In this document: piece by piece, positions 60,107-64,000 of the stretch | Layout of the letters: every line of letters starts with the position of its first letter | Numbering within the stretch: position 1 is the stretch's first letter | NCBI GenBank assembly: GCA_051530055.1 | Contig: CM121341.1 | Span: 18,020,784 to 18,084,783 of the forward strand | Reading direction: 5' to 3' | Length of the DNA: 64,000 nt | Source of the DNA: Neoechinorhynchus agilis | Lineage: Eukaryota; Animalia; Acanthocephala | Notes under the pieces: model-generated | Seen by the model: the letters and a program-made list of their open reading frames with translations, nothing else | What the model was told of the DNA's origin: nothing | The model's database searches: none | Made by a program: the position numbers and the translations under genes

Positions 60107-61417
60107 CTAAGTTACATAGAGTGGAGTAAGCTGATCCTTGATTTGAACTTTGTAACGATTGTCTTGTTCTTTAAACTCAGCTCGTCGTTTCCGACTGAAT
60201 CGATTTTCTTCTCCCGTCATAAATTCCGTCTCGAACGCCTTATTTAGCATTACATGCATTTCCGCGGTGCTTTTAGACGATAAATCAAGTGGGTTTTTGT
60301 TAAACCTGTTTCGTATGCTTGTACAACTACCGTGTTCAATCAGTAATTTGGCGGCATTGTAGGAATTTGATTTAACGGCATATAATAGTGGACTTTCTCC
60401 ATTAGCATCAAATATATCGACAGATTGAATATATGGTAGCATTAAGCGAATGGCTTGAACACTCCCCACTGCGGCTGCTGTATGTAGTGCTGAGGTCAAT
60501 AAATAGTTCAAATTAGGATTTGGAACTTTAGGCTTGATTTTTGCACCTTGTTTGATCAGATATTCAACGCTGGAAATGGCTTCTAAAGATGTTGCAAGTT
60601 GAAGTGGCGTCAATAAAAACACATCTATCGCATTTATGTCCACGAATTCGCCTCCATATTCCAAAATTATTTCATTCAACAACATAATATCCGATGCAGC
60701 GGAGTAGTGAAGCGGTGTTCTGAGAAATTTGTCTTTGCATGCAGCAAGAGCAGGATATTGCTGAATCAAAAATTGAGAAGTGTCCAGAAGAACATTTTTG
60801 GCACTAATGTGCAGAGCACTAGATTCTTCGGTTGGATCAATTGATGTTAAAATTTCCAATATGTCACCGTTGCTCAAGTTATCTTGCAAGCGAATCTTTT
60901 CAATATAATTTTTTATTTCAATCATTTTAGATCGATCTTCTTGGTCGATGTCGCATATTACTTTATAAATTTCCGTACGATGTAGTTGGAAGTCTCGTTT
61001 TTCTCGTTTTGCAGCAGCTGGATGAAATGGATCGATCAATTTAAACGGCAAAGTGCCATTCGACTTTCTTTTCCTGTTTACGATTTTCTGTCGTTTTTGT
61101 ACGGGGTGTCGATTTTCTGAATCATTTTCGATTTTTCTTTTTAAAACAATCTTTGCCTGGCGTTTGCATTTTATAAAAACCTTTGTCGATCTGACCTTTT
61201 GAGGGCATTGTAGGATTGAGATTTGTCCGTTATCGAGCATCATACACAAAAATAAGGAACATATTATAAATCTCCAAAGTGAGAAAATTAATTTCCTTTC
61301 AATTAATCGTGAACCTGACAACTTCTGTTTTTTCACTGATATTCTCACATTCTGAAATGTTTGTTTACAATTCATGGATTCATCTTTAATTCTTTCAAGA
61401 ATTTCAATTTTATCCAT
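60107..61417 (-). CDS. Ankyrin-repeat protein (about 5 repeats) with a basic N-terminal region
   Basis: 436-aa ORF with SALHISA, RTPLHYSA, LTPLQLA, SALHTAA, ESPLLYAV and KNPLDL. Confidence 0.8.
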   Translation of the reverse strand: MDKIEILERIKDESMNCKQTFQNVRISVKKQKLSGSRLIERKLIFSLWRFIICSLFLCMMLDNGQISILQCPQKVRSTKVFIKCKRQAKIVLKRKIENDSENRHPVQKRQKIVNRKRKSNGTLPFKLIDPFHPAAAKREKRDFQLHRTEIYKVICDIDQEDRSKMIEIKNYIEKIRLQDNLSNGDILEILTSIDPTEESSALHISAKNVLLDTSQFLIQQYPALAACKDKFLRTPLHYSAASDIMLLNEIILEYGGEFVDINAIDVFLLTPLQLATSLEAISSVEYLIKQGAKIKPKVPNPNLNYLLTSALHTAAAVGSVQAIRLMLPYIQSVDIFDANGESPLLYAVKSNSYNAAKLLIEHGSCTSIRNRFNKNPLDLSSKSTAEMHVMLNKAFETEFMTGEENRFSRKRRAEFKEQDNRYKVQIKDQLTPLYVT

Positions 61418-63690
61418 GACATGTATTTCATATTCTAAATAAAAAAAATTGAATTATAATTTAATTTTTTACGGAATACCTTGAAATATGGAGCAATTCG
61501 AAATATCGGTCTCTATTTGTGAAACTAATAGCTGGACAATAATAATGAGTAGTTGATTCATTTCTCAGAAAATGTATCTATTCTAAAAATTATGTTTGAG
61601 ATGCATGAGAAAATTTTACGTTAAAAATGTTACGAAGATCAAAACACTGCTTAGATTTTTTATCTCGCACAAATATATTTTAAAATTTAAGTTTTTAGTG
61701 CTTTTAACGAATTTGGCGTCGAAAATTTTAATTTTAATCTTAAACTAATTCGCATATTTGCTGGGATGAATATTGAACTTGGCTACAGAAATAGCTTCCC
61801 TTTCCCACCATTTATAGCTCATGAACCCTGAGAAAGATCCAATCAGATCTCCATAAACGATAATCAAGGAGCCTCAATGCTGACGTTCCCATGCCCACTG
61901 AATGAATATGATTGGCTGGATCAACCAATTAAAAGCGCCAAAAGAGCATAAAGGGGGCGGAAATGTCCATAAAATTTGTAATAGAAATCAAGCTACGTTA
62001 GATGCAAAATTAATCGCTTATAATGGGAAATAATAAAACTAATTTTGCAAAATTGCAATGGAATTTAAAAGTGGGGCTTTTAATTTTAAAGTGGATTCAA
62101 ACTAACGTCTTACATTTAACGTGATCACTGACACGTAACAAGTGGATTGAGTTCCAATTTAATTTGATTCAAATATCTCTCTCATAAATAAGCCAACCAG
62201 AATAATGTATCAAACTTAACAACTTAGTGCGATATTGTTATTGTGGGAAAATCGCTCAATGTAGTGAATGTGGATTGAGCCACGCCTCCGTTACCTAAAT
62301 TACGCGGTTGGGCGGTATTTAAGCGATCGATGCAATACATTGCCACCACTTTTCCACACTGCACAGCATGAGCATACTCACTGCGTGAGTTAAAATTTAG
62401 TTTAAATTAACGAAGTTTAATGTTAGTAGAGGGACAAAAAAGTAGATCGTAGATTTTCCTTGCAGTTTGTAGTTTCAAAATATTTAATAATAATGTATTT
62501 CGTACACTAAGCCATTAATTTTTGATGCTTAAATTTCTAGCGAATAAGCAGCAAGTTGACTAAATTGCATTTGCCATAGAATATAATTAGAAAAATAAAT
62601 TTTCTGTAGAAAGCGCGTTTTAAATAAGGAAGTATTTATTTAAGGGCGATTTTTTTGTTCCACATTCAGTTTATCTTAATAACTCGGTCACTTTGTTATC
62701 AACTTTAAATTTTAATAGAATCGGTAATGGATTGCCTTTATCATGATAAGCATCAAAAATGCCAAGTGTACATCAAACAGGGCGGGAATGTCCAAATTAA
62801 GGAAAAATTGACTTAAAAGTACCGTAAGCTTAACAAACTTTAAAATTAATTCCATAATTACAAAACCGGAAATTGCCGCGCAATAGATTCCCACTTGGTT
62901 GATGCTATTCTCTAAAAATATTGCTGATAATGTTAAAGTTGTAAAATCTATAAATTCTTATGATGACATACTTTCAACTTGACAATAGATTTAATAATGT
63001 GTGCTTAGGCGCCAGAAATAGGTACGAAATTTAGTTGAATTTCATTTTCTTGAATCTCATATGTAGCAACTAAACTTGTTCGATTTAATTTGAATTTTTG
63101 TCCCTTAAATCTTTTATTTATAACGCTTTTGTGCCAAAAGCAAAAATGATATTTATTTTTGGAATAACCAGAAGTCAGTATTCACCGTTGTACGTTCTTT
63201 AAATTCAATTCGGTGATAACAAAGATCCTTTTAAGGTTGAGATGAGCTGTATTAAAGTGAGGATATTCTTTATTGTTTTCTTTCACTGAGACATTTGCAT
63301 TTTCGTTTTTCTTTGTTAGCAATTTAACCTTTACTCAGGATTCTTTAATGCAGCAAGCTTTTACTTTCAACATAGTCAAATCCTCATTGGCCGGTTTTTT
63401 TATGAGCTGGCGCGCCGGCAAGCGGTTGCGACGGTGGTAGTTGCGGCGCTAGTAACGAAAATTACAGAAAGTGACGAAGGTTTTTTTTGTGCGGTGAGAG
63501 TCCGTTAGCGTAAATAGATGAGATTTCAACAATTCAGAAAAGATTGATTTTTCATTTTTTCGAATTCTTTGACAAAACGTACGGCTTAATATACGACTAA
63601 AAGTTTTGTCGAATAATTTCAGCATGTAATAAAAATGAAAATAGCTCTCACCGGAACTGTGAAAAAGCGATTTTATCCTTTCATTTCAGA

Positions 63691-63762
63691 TCCCAGATAG
63701 TCTAGTGGTTAGGATACCTGCCTCTCACGCAGGTGGCCCGGGTTCGATTCCCGGTCTGGGAA
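63691..63762 (+). tRNA. tRNA-Glu (anticodon CTC)
   Basis: TCCCAGA/TCTGGGA acceptor stem, anticodon arm CCTGC-CT-CTC-AC-GCAGG, T arm CCGGG-TTCGATT-CCCGG; 72 nt. Confidence 0.95.
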
Positions 63763-63822
63763 AGCAAAGCGCTTCCACATTCCCCTTCTCTTCTCGGCTA
63801 AATACAACCAAAAATTCAGTCT

Positions 63823-64000
63823 TTTTATTCATGCAGTCGCCATTTCAGTAAAAACATTCATTTAATGTATTTTACGTCTCGCTTTCACATGAACAAATGT
63901 CAATTCTCGTGTAAATGACGACTAAAGATGGGTTGGCAATCAATATTAATATGTTTAGCAATGGGAATTTTATTCATGCAGTCGCCATTTCAGTAAAAAC
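63823..64000. repeat. Direct repeat with 145-bp spacing, cut off by the window edge
   Basis: TTTTATTCATGCAGTCGCCATTTCAGTAAAAAC at 63823-63855 and 63968-64000. Confidence 0.7.

Noticed and set aside
61780-63460. CCAAT/GC boxes and a GC-rich patch as promoter or ncRNA elements
   Set aside because: Short motifs are expected by chance, and no recognisable snRNA, SL RNA or transcript anchor was found.

Overview
AT-rich, gene-dense eukaryotic (metazoan invertebrate-type) DNA with very short introns (many 43-56 nt) and degenerate splice signals. The organism cannot be named from sequence alone. Recognisable genes are PGAP1 (-), SQOR (+), a PAN/Apple-domain protein (+), HSCB (-), NDUFS8 (-), SEC62 (+), two PACSIN-type F-BAR genes without SH3 (+), a kexin/furin-like protease apparently without prodomain (+), a vWA-domain gene (-), two tandem nucleoredoxin-like genes (+), NEMP/TMEM194 (+), an ankyrin-repeat gene (-), tRNA-Glu(CTC), and a few orphan ORFs. 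From about 34 kb to 60 kb the window is rich in retroelements: a decayed Penelope-like element (PLE), a LINE nested inside another LINE, CRE-like and RTE-like 3' fragments, two tRNA-derived SINE-like elements and a satellite of ~180-bp palindromic units. The most striking unexplained structure is about ten minimal hammerhead-ribozyme-like motifs in several sequence families. They sit in short, often palindromic PLE-derived elements, several in introns, and include U3-A8 core variants; a separate hammerhead-like fold lies in a tRNA-headed SINE. Several conserved genes also have junctions that are hard to join with GT-AG introns (SEC62, NDUFS8, the vWA gene, the protease, PGAP1). All alignments were done by eye; exon models are manual and unverified.
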